In this document: one piece after another, positions 10,746 through 23,000 of the stretch
Layout: every line of letters starts with the position of its first letter
How positions within the stretch are numbered: the stretch's first letter is position 1
DNA from: Paraspadella gotoi
Lineage: Eukaryota; Animalia; Chaetognatha
DNA: 64,000 bases
Assembly: GCA_051294375.1 (NCBI GenBank)
Contig: CM119271.1
Coordinates: 552,721-616,720, forward strand
Direction of reading: 5' to 3'
The notes under the pieces: generated by a model
Database searches by the model: none
The model's input: the letters and a program-made list of their open reading frames with translations, nothing else
Told to the model about the DNA's origin: nothing
Made by a program: the position numbers and the translations under genes

Positions 10746-13700
10746 GGATTTGAAAGAAAAATGTTTTGAAAACTTATTATTTAATCTCATTCTACCTATA
10801 GACATACGTTTAAAAATATGTTTTGGAAATATCCTTTTATAGTATAATAATGCTTCTGGCAAGGTGTACATTGTATTTTGGTTTAAAATAATTTGAAGTA
10901 AGCAGGTAAGGTTTGGGTAAGTTACTTTTTTGGTTTCATTTTTACTAAAACTTACTTTTATCAAAAAAATTATTAATGATGTTAACAGATAATTAAGTTA
11001 ATCATGTAAGATTTCTGAATGCATAATAAAAGGGTCAAAATGGTAAGAAATACATAAAGTATTTGACGATTAAGGCCTATTGTTAAAAGATTCTTAAAAT
11101 TTTGTCTAACTTACTTGAAAAAAATTAAANNNNNNNNNNNNNNNNNNNNNNNNNCACACGAGACGACGATCGCGTCCGTTTGCGAATTCTGGCGACAACT
11201 CGAGCGATATCAGCGACATCGCGCGGGGAAAAAAAAAATTTAAATCGCCAAGGATCGAGAAAGCGGAGAGAGAGACGCTTCGCCCGATCGTATCGACGCC
11301 GAGGAAATACACTGTGCCCCGAGCGGCGGGAAAGAAACGCATCTTTTCCCGAGCGACGTCGAAAATTCTCCTGAAAACTGCGCGCGTCTGTTCCGCCCAC
11401 CGAAGTCCGCTAAGCCGAGTGTTCGAGTGTGGGCATTGAGTCACGTGCTCAGCCAACGTGGAGACGCCGATCACGTGGATGAAAGATTAATTTCGAAATG
11501 GCGTCTTTTTTTCGAAATTAGGAAGCCAAAGAAGCCCGTTTACTCAAAAAGGCTCAAAGCGGTCAAAAAAGAAAATACGAGTCTTCGTGCGACTTTGCGA
11601 TTTTAAATGCTAGATGGCCACAACATCAAACGGCACATGGAGACGATACACGTCGGCGTTGTGAGGATGGCAAAGGTCTACGACGCTAAATAAAGAGGTG
11701 CAGAATTCGGAGAAACGATCGGCGTCACCGTTTGCGAATTCTGGCGACACCTGAGCGATATCAGCGACATCGCGCAGGGGAAAAAAAAATTTAAATCGCC
11801 CAAGGAGTCGAGAAAGCGGAGAGAGAGACGCTTCGCCCGATCGTATCGACGCCGAGGAAATACACTGTGCCCTCGAGCGGCGGGAAGAAACGCATCTTTT
11901 TCCCGAGCAGACGTGCGAAAATTCTCTGAAACTGCGCGCGTCTGTTCCGCCCACCGAAGTCCGCTTAAGCCGAGGTGTTCGAGTGTGGGCATTGCAAGTA
12001 TTTTCACCCCTTGGAAACGATAGCGATTAAGATGGCATCTCTTGGGCCACGAGACAGAATTTATCTTAAAGTTTAATGTTTTCTTGGCAAAAGTTTGGAG
12101 AGCGATTATGAAATATATCATGTTCCTATTGCTTTCGATTGTACCTTTTCTGTGTTATTCTTTAGTAGCTTTTTTTCCCGAAACTATAATTTATTACTTT
12201 TTTTGCGACTTATAATTTGTTTTCGTAGAAACTGAAAAATCTAGAAAACAGAAATAGTACCTGGGATTTTTTCGCAGGAACAGCTAGGTTATTGGATTTT
12301 TTCTTGAGTTGTGTAGATATTGAAAAGCAATATTAAACCATAATGATAATATATGAATGCGATAATTTTTAATATTGGTTGCACCAAATTTCATATCTAG
12401 CTCTTTATGGAACTAACTTGTGCTTACAGGCAGCTAGAAATGTTTAACGACAGATGAAAAGGGGATAATATTTGGATAGCTAGGCTTAATTTCTCTTTCA
12501 ATCAATAAGCAAAATTGTCTGAAAATGCTCATTTGATTAAATCCTTTTTGTATAGCATGTATTATTTTTTTTCTTATGAAATTTTGGGCCAAAATCAAAA
12601 AGAAGGATGGTGACTTTTTTAGTTGTTTTAGTTTTAGTCGGCATCTGGCTTATCAAAGTAGATCCCGACTCTATAATACACTTTGTGGTCCGTTGGTCAC
12701 CTCGCTTAATCTTGTCTTGTCATGTCAGAACAAAATTATTAAATTATTATTAATAATTATTATTTTTATATATTATTATTATTAATTATTTATGATAAAC
12801 TATGTAAAAAAATTATGTCCGTCCGTCCGTCTGATTACCCGTCATTGGATGGATGATTAGAATACAATTTGTGTGTAGGTAGGGAAGTGTGTGATTGAGT
12901 TGGATGTTTTGATGGAATCGTACGAGTGGAAATGAGTTTTAAATGGAAAAAACAAGTCATATTTACTTAAGTATTTTTACTTATATTTACTAATAACTAT
13001 TTATATTATTTAAAAATTGGATAAATTAAAATAAAACAAAATTTTTGTGTGTTGGTTAGGAAAGTATGTGATTAAGCTGGATATTAATTTTTTGATGAAT
13101 CGATTAGGAGTGGAAAAGAGTTTAAAATAGAAAAACCATTTGATTGATTGTTGATTGACCAAGCGGGGAACGGCCGAGCCAGGCAGCCAGAGGCAGTTAA
13201 GCGCCGGCTGCTGGTAATACAGAACCCCTTACTGTCAACATACAACTTGACATGGCTTGTGACGGTGGTGCAAGCGTCACTTTGATGGCGCATTCGCGAG
13301 ATCCGTGATTGTTAGATAACTCCTCTTGAGTCGGTGGAGCGTCGTCCTTCCGTCTTCATCTTCCAGATCCAGATCGAAAGCGTCGTCAAACCAGAAGAAA
13401 TCTTCATCTTCTTCACCATCCGTTAGGAAGCGTTAGACTCGGAGCCGAGCGTCGTTAGTTTTAAATTTTTTGCATAATTTTTTTCAACTTGGCACTTTCA
13501 ACTCTATTTTGTTCAACTTCGATTTTTTCAACTTTTCTGAAAGAAAACAGAGTAAACAATAATTGCGGGAATGGTTGCAAAAAGGTTCCCCATGTTTAAC
13601 AAATAACTTAAACAAAAAAAGGAAAAGAAAAGAGATCAGGGGACCAAGTCAAGCAACTTGCACCAACTTCAATTTCACCATTTTTTCAAAATTTGCCAAC

Positions 13701-16449
13701 ATTTTTCAACTGACTCATTTTTCTACTTGCATAATTCTTTTAAATTCGCAATTTTTTTTCAACTTGCAGCACATTTTTTTAAACTTGCAATCATTTTTTC
13801 AGCCTTTCATCATTTTTTCAATTTAAATTAAATTAATAAATTAACTAATAAAAACATTTGAGTATAGCAAGTAAATAATAAAATTTCATGTCAACTTGAC
13901 TTGGTTTTTTTCGATTCCATCGAAACTTTAATATTCTGCTCAATCACACAGCTTTAGCAAAGCTATTTTCATCTCATTCACATCGCATCCAATTATTGAC
14001 TGAAATTTTTTACTTTCGCTTTTAGACGATATTTTAGTTCTTTTGAAATTCTTTAATATAATGTTTTTTTTGAATTCAGACAAAGGGCAACTGTCTCGAT
14101 TTTCCTCCGCGCGTTTGGAAGAAAAATGTTTGAAAAACTTATTTAATTTAATCTCATTCTAAGACATAACAGATTAAAAATATTTTTTTGAAATATCCTT
14201 TTATAGTATAGATAATGCTTCTGACAAGGTGTACATTGTATTTTTGGTTTAAATAATTTGAAGTAAGCAGGTAAGGTTCGGTAAGTTACTTTTTGGGTTT
14301 CATTTTTGGAATCTTAGCTTTAAAAAAAAACCATTTTTTTTCAATATTGTTAGAATATTACGACAAAAATGATTAAATTTTAAACTCTAAGACAAAGTTG
14401 GCTAAGACTACGGATTAATTGAAATCCTCTGCTGCATTTTCTAATTAAGAATCAATATCATTTTTGCTACTTTTAATAAAAAAAATTATGTCCATTTTTG
14501 TCCATTTTGAGTTTTATCTTGAGATTGAATCACAAGATCATTAAAGAAAATTTTTTACTCTGGTTTTCGGGTCCTTTCTTATCTTCCTTTACCTCTGAGT
14601 TTGATGTTAATCATTTATTGTTTGCCTATGAATTAATTTTTAAATTGACTAGTCAAAAACTTACATTTTTACATTTTATTACAATTTGTTAAACGAAAAT
14701 TCTTCAAAATGTCCACAATTCTAATCAAATATTCCCTATTGTTGGTGCTTTCTAGTACCTAAAAAATTAGGGCAAAATATTTAATACTTTAGCTGGAAAA
14801 AATTTTTAAAGCCTACTTTTAATTTGTGAGGATTTGTGAGGTGCGTTTTTATTTGAACTTAAACTCGGTTTCTGATTATTTTATAGTTTTAATAGCTGAG
14901 AAACATACTAAAGTTGACAAATTAAAAAAAACCGCCTCCTTTTATTGAAAGGGGAAGCGTCAGCAAAATTAATTTCTCTCAATCGACAGGTTTTTGCGGA
15001 AAAATTTCCGCAAAAATCTGTCGATTTTTTAATCTGCTTGCAACCAAACTTCCGCTAAAAATCCATACACTACCCTAGATTTTTTTTCTTACATTACATT
15101 TTAAAGATTTTTATACATCCAGTATGATATGAATGCAAAATGAGTGAGAATGAGAAAAAGAGGAGAGAAGAGAGAGAATGGGTGAGAAAAATTGAAAGGA
15201 GAGGGAGAAAGAGTGGAAAGAAATTAATATATGGGGAGAGGGGGAAAACGAGAACAATTGAGAGAAAAGAAAGATAGAAACAGGGAGGAAAGAGAATCAG
15301 AGAGAGAGAGAAAAACAGAGATTGAGAGGAAGGGGGAAAATAAAGGTTAAGGAAGAAAAGAAGGGATGACACAGAGAAATATGAGGACAGAAAAGTAGTA
15401 GAAAAGGGAGAGAAAGACAGAGAGAAAAAGAAAGAGACAGAGAGAAGGTTCAAGAAAAAAAATAGTGGATAAAAAAGGAAAAAAAATTTAAAATATACCG
15501 TGCCGTTATTTTGGCCTAAGCAGTAGTATATCTTAAAAAAACGCGATAGATCTGACGAGCAATTTAATCTTTAAAAGTTCCCCTTACCCCTTTAGTTTCA
15601 TCTTAATTATGGCAGATACCGTAATAGAATGATTGTCGTAAAAGAAATCAATGTCTTACCGTATTTTTGAAAGCATAGAAATTCACCCAGTGAGTTCTAT
15701 GTCTTAAGGAGAAGATAACTATAGCCAACCGTTTTTTTTTAAAATAAAGAGTGTTTCATATTTATCAGTGGGAAAAAAAGAAAATGAACTACAGTTATTT
15801 AAGTTTCAATTTCATTGTTGAAAATACCCAAATCAAAAATCACTGCCTTTTACTAAAACTTACTTTTATCAAAAAATTATTAATGATGTTAACAGATAAT
15901 TAAGTTAATCATGTAAGATTTCTGAATGCATAATAAAAGGGTCAAAACGGTAAGAAAATACTATGTCATTATCTTGTAAGAGTGAATGGAGGCCTTAAAC
16001 CACCAAAGCCTGTCCAAGTCAGGGGCAAGATAGCTTATTTATTAAATGAATGATAATATTTTATATTGGTTGTACCAATTTCATAAAGTATTTGACGATT
16101 AAGGCCTAGTTCGTTAAAATATTCTTAAAATTTTGTCTTACTAGTTCAGAGTTAAAATGACAAAGAAATTAACTTTGTAATTATTATCGATTACTGTACG
16201 TTTAAATTAGAGCCATGCTCTAATAAACTCATTCGTTGTCGTTATGCTAAAGCGACACTACACGCGCTAAGATTTCCCTAGCATGGTAAACAGTAACAAA
16301 CACAAAAATCAAACGTTCAAAAGAATCAATCTTTACACACACCACATTTTTTAAAAATGTAGAAGACGAAAAATAGTAATAATTTTTTTTCCGAATTTTT
16401 TTCATTTACGAAATTTTCTGAAGAAAACAAAAAAAAAAATTGTTTAACG

Positions 16450-16700
16450 ATGCAAGCAAAAAAGTTTATTTCATTGGTCATCATCTTTGCCCTTCTGTTC
16501 AAGCGAGCGTCAAAGACGATCAAAGTAAGTCGCCGACGCTTTGTGTTTGTGGATTTTGTCGATATTTTTTTTTATTCAATTTTGATTTGTTTTTTTTTAG
16601 TGGAGAAAGTTGTGCGCTTAAAGAAAATAAAGGGAGGACGCAAAGTCAAAGGCGATTTTTAATTGACTGGGCCCAGGCAGCAAACACGGACGTCGGTTTG
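16450..16700 (+). CDS. Plus-strand paralog of the small secreted peptide gene (3'-truncated, possibly a pseudogene)
   Basis: MQAKKFISLVIIFALLF..., GTAAGT...TTTTAG intron, exon 2 EKVVRLKKIKGGRKVKG. Similarity to the minus copy ends at ACACGGAC, where it joins a local repeat (GGTTTGGAA..AAAAATG). Confidence 0.45.
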
Positions 16701-17437
16701 GAAAGAAAAATGTTTGAAAACTTATTATTTAATCTCATTCTAAGACATAACAGTTAAAAATATTTTTTGGAAATATCCTTTTATAGTATAATAATGCTTC
16801 TGGCAAGGTGTACATTGTATTTTGGTTTAAAATAAATTTGAAGTAAGCAGGTAAAGGTTTTGGGTAAGTTACTTTTTTGGTTTCATTTTTACTAAAACTT
16901 ACTTTTATCAAAAAAATTATTAATGATGTTAACAGATAATTAAGTTAATCATGTAAGATTTCTGAATGCATAATAAAAGGGTCAAAATGGTAAGAAATAC
17001 ATAAAGTATTTGACGATTAAGGCCTATTGTTAAAAGATTCTTAAATTTTGTCTAACTTACTTGAAAAAAATTAAATAGGTTTAATTTGGATAGGGATGAA
17101 AAGTTTAAAATCAGGTCAATTGAAGATAAGACATAACACTGTCATGTTCAGAAATGACCACTGAAAAAATTAACAAGTATGGCTTTTATACTATGCAAAT
17201 CAAGGTGCGCGTATAAAAATTACTAAGTGATTTTGAAACTCCCAATGCCCTGTAGTTGTTTAAAATTTGTTATAGTTTTATGTATATGAAAGTAAAGGAC
17301 AGAAAAATCTTTTGGCACCTATTTTATTATTGTATCTCAAATCGTTCAGACAGGGCAGGACGTTAAATTTTGTCTCGATATATGGTCCCACCCCTGTAGT
17401 TAATATTGAATAACCCTTCAAATATACAGGGGTGGTA

Positions 17438-17657
17438 ATGGTGGACTAAAATCCACCAACCGTTCATCCAGCGGCCATTGGTGCAGGAGGCAAGTCATTA
17501 ACCTCCCAACCCAAAAGGTCCAGGGTTTTAAGCCGGTGGTCGCCGAGCAGTTAAGAAGGGACAGGGCGCTTAAACGGTGTTAGAGCTTGATCCGAAGCTC
17601 AGGGACTTGCTTCCTGCACCAATGGCGCTGATTAATGGTTGGTGGATTTTAAACCAT
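17438..17657 (+). mobile_element. MITE-like element with ~55-bp terminal inverted repeats enclosing a tRNA-Gly-like core
   Basis: Left arm ATGGTGGACTAAAATCCACCAACCGTTCATC..GGCCATTGGTGCAGGAGGCAAGTC is the reverse complement of the right arm GACTTGCTTCCTGCACCAATGG..TGGTTGGTGGATTTTAAACCAT. Also at 26341-26557; one-armed relative at 53570-53750. Confidence 0.7.
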
Positions 17658-18936
17658 ATTTTAGACCATGTATTGAGACAAAATTTAAAAATTCATTACT
17701 TTAATTATGAAGCAAAGGCAACTCCTCGGTTTTCTCTGCGCGGTTTGAAAAAAAATGTTTATTTGTTTAATCTCATTCTAAAACATAGCAGGTTTACATT
17801 GCCATATTGGTTTAAAAAATTTTGAAGTAAGCAGGTAAGGTTCGGGTTTAATTTTTATTAAAACTTACTTTCATAAAAAATTTATTAATAATATTGTTAG
17901 ATAATTAAGTTAATTGTGTAAAATTTCTGAATGCATAATAAAAGGGTCAAAAACGTAAGAAAATACAAAGTATTTGATGATTTAAGCATATTTATAACCA
18001 AACAATATAAACGCTCCTGGAAAAAATTCCGGGTAAAAAATCGATGTAAAACACTTGATTCCGATCCTGTTACATCTGAAGGGCTCGCATTTTTTTCTCT
18101 TGTCAAATCATCAACATCTTGATATCAAACAAGCCAGAACAAATACTGCTTCTATATGGAAAAATTTTCCATCTTTGATTTTATATAGAAATGTAAGGGA
18201 TTTTTTCCCTTCAAGACAATATAAACGTATTTGAGATATGTTCCGGTTTCACAAATGACGTCAAATTCAGGAATCCTCTGGCAAAGTGTCTGAAGGGATC
18301 TCAAAATTTTTCTTTACATTTTATTTAGTTATTTTAGTATGATACGATCATGGTAAAGTAAATTAGTTGATTTTGGTGAAAATTTTATTTAAACTAAAAG
18401 TAAAAGAGGAGCTAACAATTCGGAATTCTAATATGGAGTCAGATTCGGGAAAAATCTTCTATGGCGAAAATCTTCCAAAAAGGGGTGGATTTTTCGAAGA
18501 TTTTGGTTAATATTTTCTATATTTTATGGTCGTATTTTTTTGAAACTTAAACAATAGCAAATATTGTCATCATTCTAACATTGGCCGGTATAAGAATATA
18601 TTAAAAAAAGTCCTCAGTTTCGGAACTGAATTGAATTCGGTCGATCCAGCCTAATTCGTCAGTCGCGCGCTAGAACAGTGACAGTGAGTCGACTTACACC
18701 GGTCTCTCTCTCTAATGAAATACCACCCTTCTCGGAGGCTTTGTCATTATTTTTAGTTCGTCGTTTTTTAAAAAATATAAAAATCTAAATGTTTCTGAGT
18801 ATTCTACCATGTTTCAAATTAAGAATTTCCTTTATCGTTTCGTATGATTTTTATTAATAAACTTTAACAAGTAATTTATATTTCAATAATCTCAAAATGA
18901 TACACAACTTAATCATTGTTCTTGATTTTTGTTGAG

Positions 18937-19224
18937 TTACATGAGTCCAGCCTGATCTTTTCCTCCGGATTTTGTCTCGTCGTCCGTGTTTGCTGCCTGG
19001 GCCCAGTCAATTAAAAATCCGCCTTTGACTTTGCGTCCTCCCTTTATTTTCTTTAAGCGCACAACTTTCTCCACTAAAAAAAAACAAATCAAAATTGAAT
19101 ACAAAAAATATCGACAAAATCCACAAACACAAAGCGTCGGCGACTTACTTTGATCGTCTTCGACGCTCGCTTGGAACAGAAGGGCAAAGATGATGACCAA
19201 TGAAATAAACTTTTTTGCTTGCAT
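18937..19224 (-). CDS. Small secreted cationic peptide precursor, 2 exons (19224-19149, 19073-18937), 70 aa
   Basis: Signal-peptide-like MQAKKFISLVIIFALLFQAS. A 75-nt intron with a strong GTAAGT donor and poly-T TAG acceptor. Spliced product ...VEDDQMEKVVRLKKIKGGRKVKGGFLIDWAQAANTDDETKSGGKDQAGLM*. Confidence 0.6.
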   Translation of the reverse strand: MQAKKFISLVIIFALLFQASVEDDQSKSPTLCVCGFCRYFLYSILICFFLVEKVVRLKKIKGGRKVKGGFLIDWAQAANTDDETKSGGKDQAGLM

Positions 19225-19540
19225 CGTTAAACAATTTTTTTTTTTTTTGTTTTCTTCAGAAAATTCGTAAAATGAAAAAAATTCAGAAAAAAAAATATTA
19301 CTATTTTCGTCTTCTACAGTTTTTTAAAAAATGTGGTGGTGTAAAGATTTATTCTTTTGAACGTTTGATTTTGTGTTTGTTACTGTTTACCATTGCTAGG
19401 GAAATCTTAGCCCGTGAGTGTCGCTTTAGCATAACGACAACGAACGAGTTTATTAGAGCATGGCTCTAATTTAAATGTACAGTAATCAAAATAATTACAA
19501 AGTTAATTTTTTTAGTCATTTTAACTCTGANNNNNNNNNN

Positions 19541-20056
19541 TAATTAAGTTAATTGTGTAAAATTTCTGAATGCATAATAAAAGGGTCAAAACAGTAAGAA
19601 ATACAAAGTATTTGATGATTTAAGCATATTTATAACCAAACAATATAAACGCTCCTGGAAAAAATTCCGGTAAAAAATCGATGTAAAAACACTTGATTCC
19701 GATCCTGTTACATCTGAAGGGCTCGCATTTTTTTCTCTTGTCAAATCATCAACATCTTGATATCAAACAAGCCAGAACAAATACTGCTTCTATATGGAAA
19801 AATTTTCCATCTTTGATTTTATATAGAAATGTAAGGGATTTTTTCCCTTCAAGACAATATAAACGTATTTGAGATATGTTCCGGTTTCACAAATGACGTC
19901 AAATTCAGGAATCCTCTGGCAAAGTGTCTGAAGGGATCTCAAAATTTTTCTTTACATTTTATTTAGTTATTTTAGTATGATACGATCATGGTAAAGTAAA
20001 TTAGTTGATTTTGGTGAAAATTTTATTTAAACTAAAAGTAAAAGAGGAGCTAACAA
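19541..20056 (+). repeat. Near-exact duplicate of ~17903-18418 between two N gaps
   Basis: Direct sequence identity; bounded by 10-N and 25-N gaps. Confidence 0.85.
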
Positions 20057-23000
20057 NNNNNNNNNNNNNNNNNNNNNNNNNCACACGAGACGACGATCGC
20101 GTCCGTTTGCGAATTCTGGCGACAACTCGAGCGATATCAGCGACATCGCGCGGGGAAAAAAAAAATTTAAATCGCCAAGGATCGAGAAAGCGGAGAGAGA
20201 GACGCTTCGCCCGATCGTATCGACGCCGAGGAAATACACTGTGCCCCGAGCGGCGGGAAAGAAACGCATCTTTTCCCGAGCGACGTCGAAAATTCTCCTG
20301 AAAACTGCGCGCGTCTGTTCCGCCCACCGAAGTCCGCTAAGCCGAGTGTTCGAGTGTGGGCATTGAGTCACGTGCTCAGCCAACGTGGAGACGCCGATCA
20401 CGTGGATGAAGATAATTTCGAAATCGGCGTCTTTTTTCGAAATTAGAAGCAAAGAGTCCGATTTACTAAAAAGGCTCAAAAGCGGTCAAAAAAAGAAAAT
20501 ACGAGTCTACTCGTGCGACTTTGCGATTTTAAATGCTAGATGGCCACAACATCAAACGGCACATGGAGACGATACACGTCGGCGTTGTGAGGATGGCAAA
20601 GTCTACGACGCTAAATAAAGAGGTGCAGAATTCGAGAAAACGATCGGCGTCACCGTTTGCGAATTCTGGCGACAACTCGAGCGATATCAGCGACATCGCG
20701 CGGGGAAAAAAAAAATTTAAATCGCCCAAGGATCGAGAAAGCGGAGAGAGAGACGCTTCGCCCGCGATCGTATCGACGCCGAGGAAATACACTGTGCCCC
20801 GAGCGGCGGGAAAGAAACGCATCTTTTTCCCGAGCAGACGGTCGAAAATTCTCCATGAAACTGCGCGCGTCTGTTCCGCCCACCGAATGTCCGCTAAGCG
20901 AGTGTTCGAGTGTGGCATTGCAAGTATTTCACCCCTTGACGCAAGCGAATTAGGAATGCATCTCTTGGGCCACGAGACAGATTTTCTTAAGTTTAATGTT
21001 TTTCTTGGCAAAAGTTGAGACGATTATGAAATATATCACTGTTACTAATTGCTTTCTCGCATTGTACCTTTTTCTATGTTATTTTTAGTGCTTTTTTTCC
21101 CGAAACTAAATTTATTACTTTTTTTCGACTTAAACTTTGTTTCGCTACGAAAACTGAAAAATCTAAGAAAACAGAATAGTACCTGGGATTTTTTCCAGGA
21201 ACAGCTAGGTTATTGGATTTTTTCCTGGTTGTGTAGATATTGAAAAGCAATATTAAACCATAATTGATTAATATAATGAATGCGATAATTTTTATATTGT
21301 TGCACCAAATTTCATATCTAGCTCTTTAGGGACTAACTTGCTGCTTACAGCACAGAAATGTTTAACGACAGATGAAAAGGGGGATAATATTTGGAAAGCT
21401 AGGCTAATTTCTCTTTCAATCAATAACAAAAATGTCTTGAAAAATGCTCATTTGCATTAAATCTTTTTGTATAGCATGTCTTATTTTTTCTTTATGAAAT
21501 CTTTGGGCCAAATCAAAAAGAAAGGATGGCTGACTTTTTTAGTTTTTTAAGTTTTTTAGTCGGATCTGCTTATATCAGCTTAGATCCCGACTCTATAATC
21601 CACTTCTGTCGGTCCGTTGGTCACCTCCTTAATCTTGTACTTGTGCATGTCAGAACAAAATTATTAAATTATTATTAATAATTATATTTTTATTATTATT
21701 ATTATTAATTATTATGATAAACTATGTTAAAAAAATGATGTCCGTCCGTACCGTCTGATTACCCGTCATTGGAATGGATGGATTAGAATACAATTTGTGT
21801 GTAGGTAGGGAAGTGTGTGATGAGTTGGATGTTTTGCATGGAATCGTACGAGTGGAAAATGAGTTTTAAATGGAAAAAAACAAAAGATCATATTTACTTA
21901 GTAATTTTTACTTATATTTACAACTAAATAACTATTATATTTATTAAAAATTGGATAAATAAATTAAAACAAAATTTTTGTTGTGTGGTTAGGAAAGTAT
22001 GTGATTAAGCCTGGATATAATTTTTATGGATCGACAGGAGTGGAAAAGAGTTTAAAATAGAAAAACCATTGATTGATTGATTGATGACCAAGCGGGGAAA
22101 CGGCCGAGCCAGCAGCCAGACGGCAGTAACGCCGCTGCTGTAATACAGAACCCTCTACTGTACAACAACAACTGACATGCGCTTCGTGGGACGGTGTGCA
22201 AGCGTCACTTTGATGCGCGCATTTCGCGGAGTATCCGTGATTGTTAGATAACTCCTCTTGAAGTCGTGAGCAGCGTCGTCTTCCGTCTTCATCTCCAGAT
22301 CCCAGATCGAATAGCGTCGTCAACCGAAGAAATCTTCATCTTCTTCACCATCCGTCTAGGAAGCGCTAGACTCGGAGCCGAGCGTCCGTTAGTTTTAAAT
22401 TTTTTGCATAATTTTTTCAAACTTGCCCACCATTTTTTCAACCTTTTTTTTTCTGAAAGAAAACAGAGTAAACAAATAATTCGGGAATGGTTGCAAAAAA
22501 TTCCCATGATATAACAACTAAACTTAAACAAAAAGGAAAGAAGAATCAGGGAGCCATGTCAAGCAACTTGCACCAACTTCCAATTTTCACCATTTTTTCA
22601 ATTTGCACATTTTTCAACTGGCCTCATTTTTTCTACTTGCATAATTTTTTTAAAATCGCATTTTTTTTCAACTTGCACCATTTTTTTAACTTGCATCATT
22701 TTTCAGCTTTCATCATTTATTTCAATTTAATTAAATTAATAAATTAACTAATTAAAACATTTGAGTAAGCAAGTAAATAATAAAATTTCATGTCACTTGA
22801 CTTCGGTTTTTTCGATTCCATCGAAACGTTTATATCTGCTAAACACAATATTTCATCTCATTCAATCCATCCAATATTGACTGAATTTTACTTCGCTTTT
22901 AGACGATATTTTAGTCTTTTTTGAAATATCTTTAATATAATGTTTTTTTTGATTCAGCAAAGGCAACTGCTCGATTTTCTCCGCGCGGTTTGGAAGAAAA

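Larger units (their letters stand above)
11155..19530 (+). repeat. Second, indel-rich copy of the block starting in the ZnF 3' half (probable assembly duplication)
   Basis: Follows a 25-N gap at 11130-11154. Colinear with 5567-11129, with scattered 1-bp indels that frameshift the ZnF fragment, then extends into sequence shared with 25960-28410. Confidence 0.85.

Noticed and set aside
11155-12100. ZnF pseudogene paralogs (also 20082-21018)
   Set aside because: The indel pattern and position next to 25-N gaps point to assembly noise rather than true pseudogenes.
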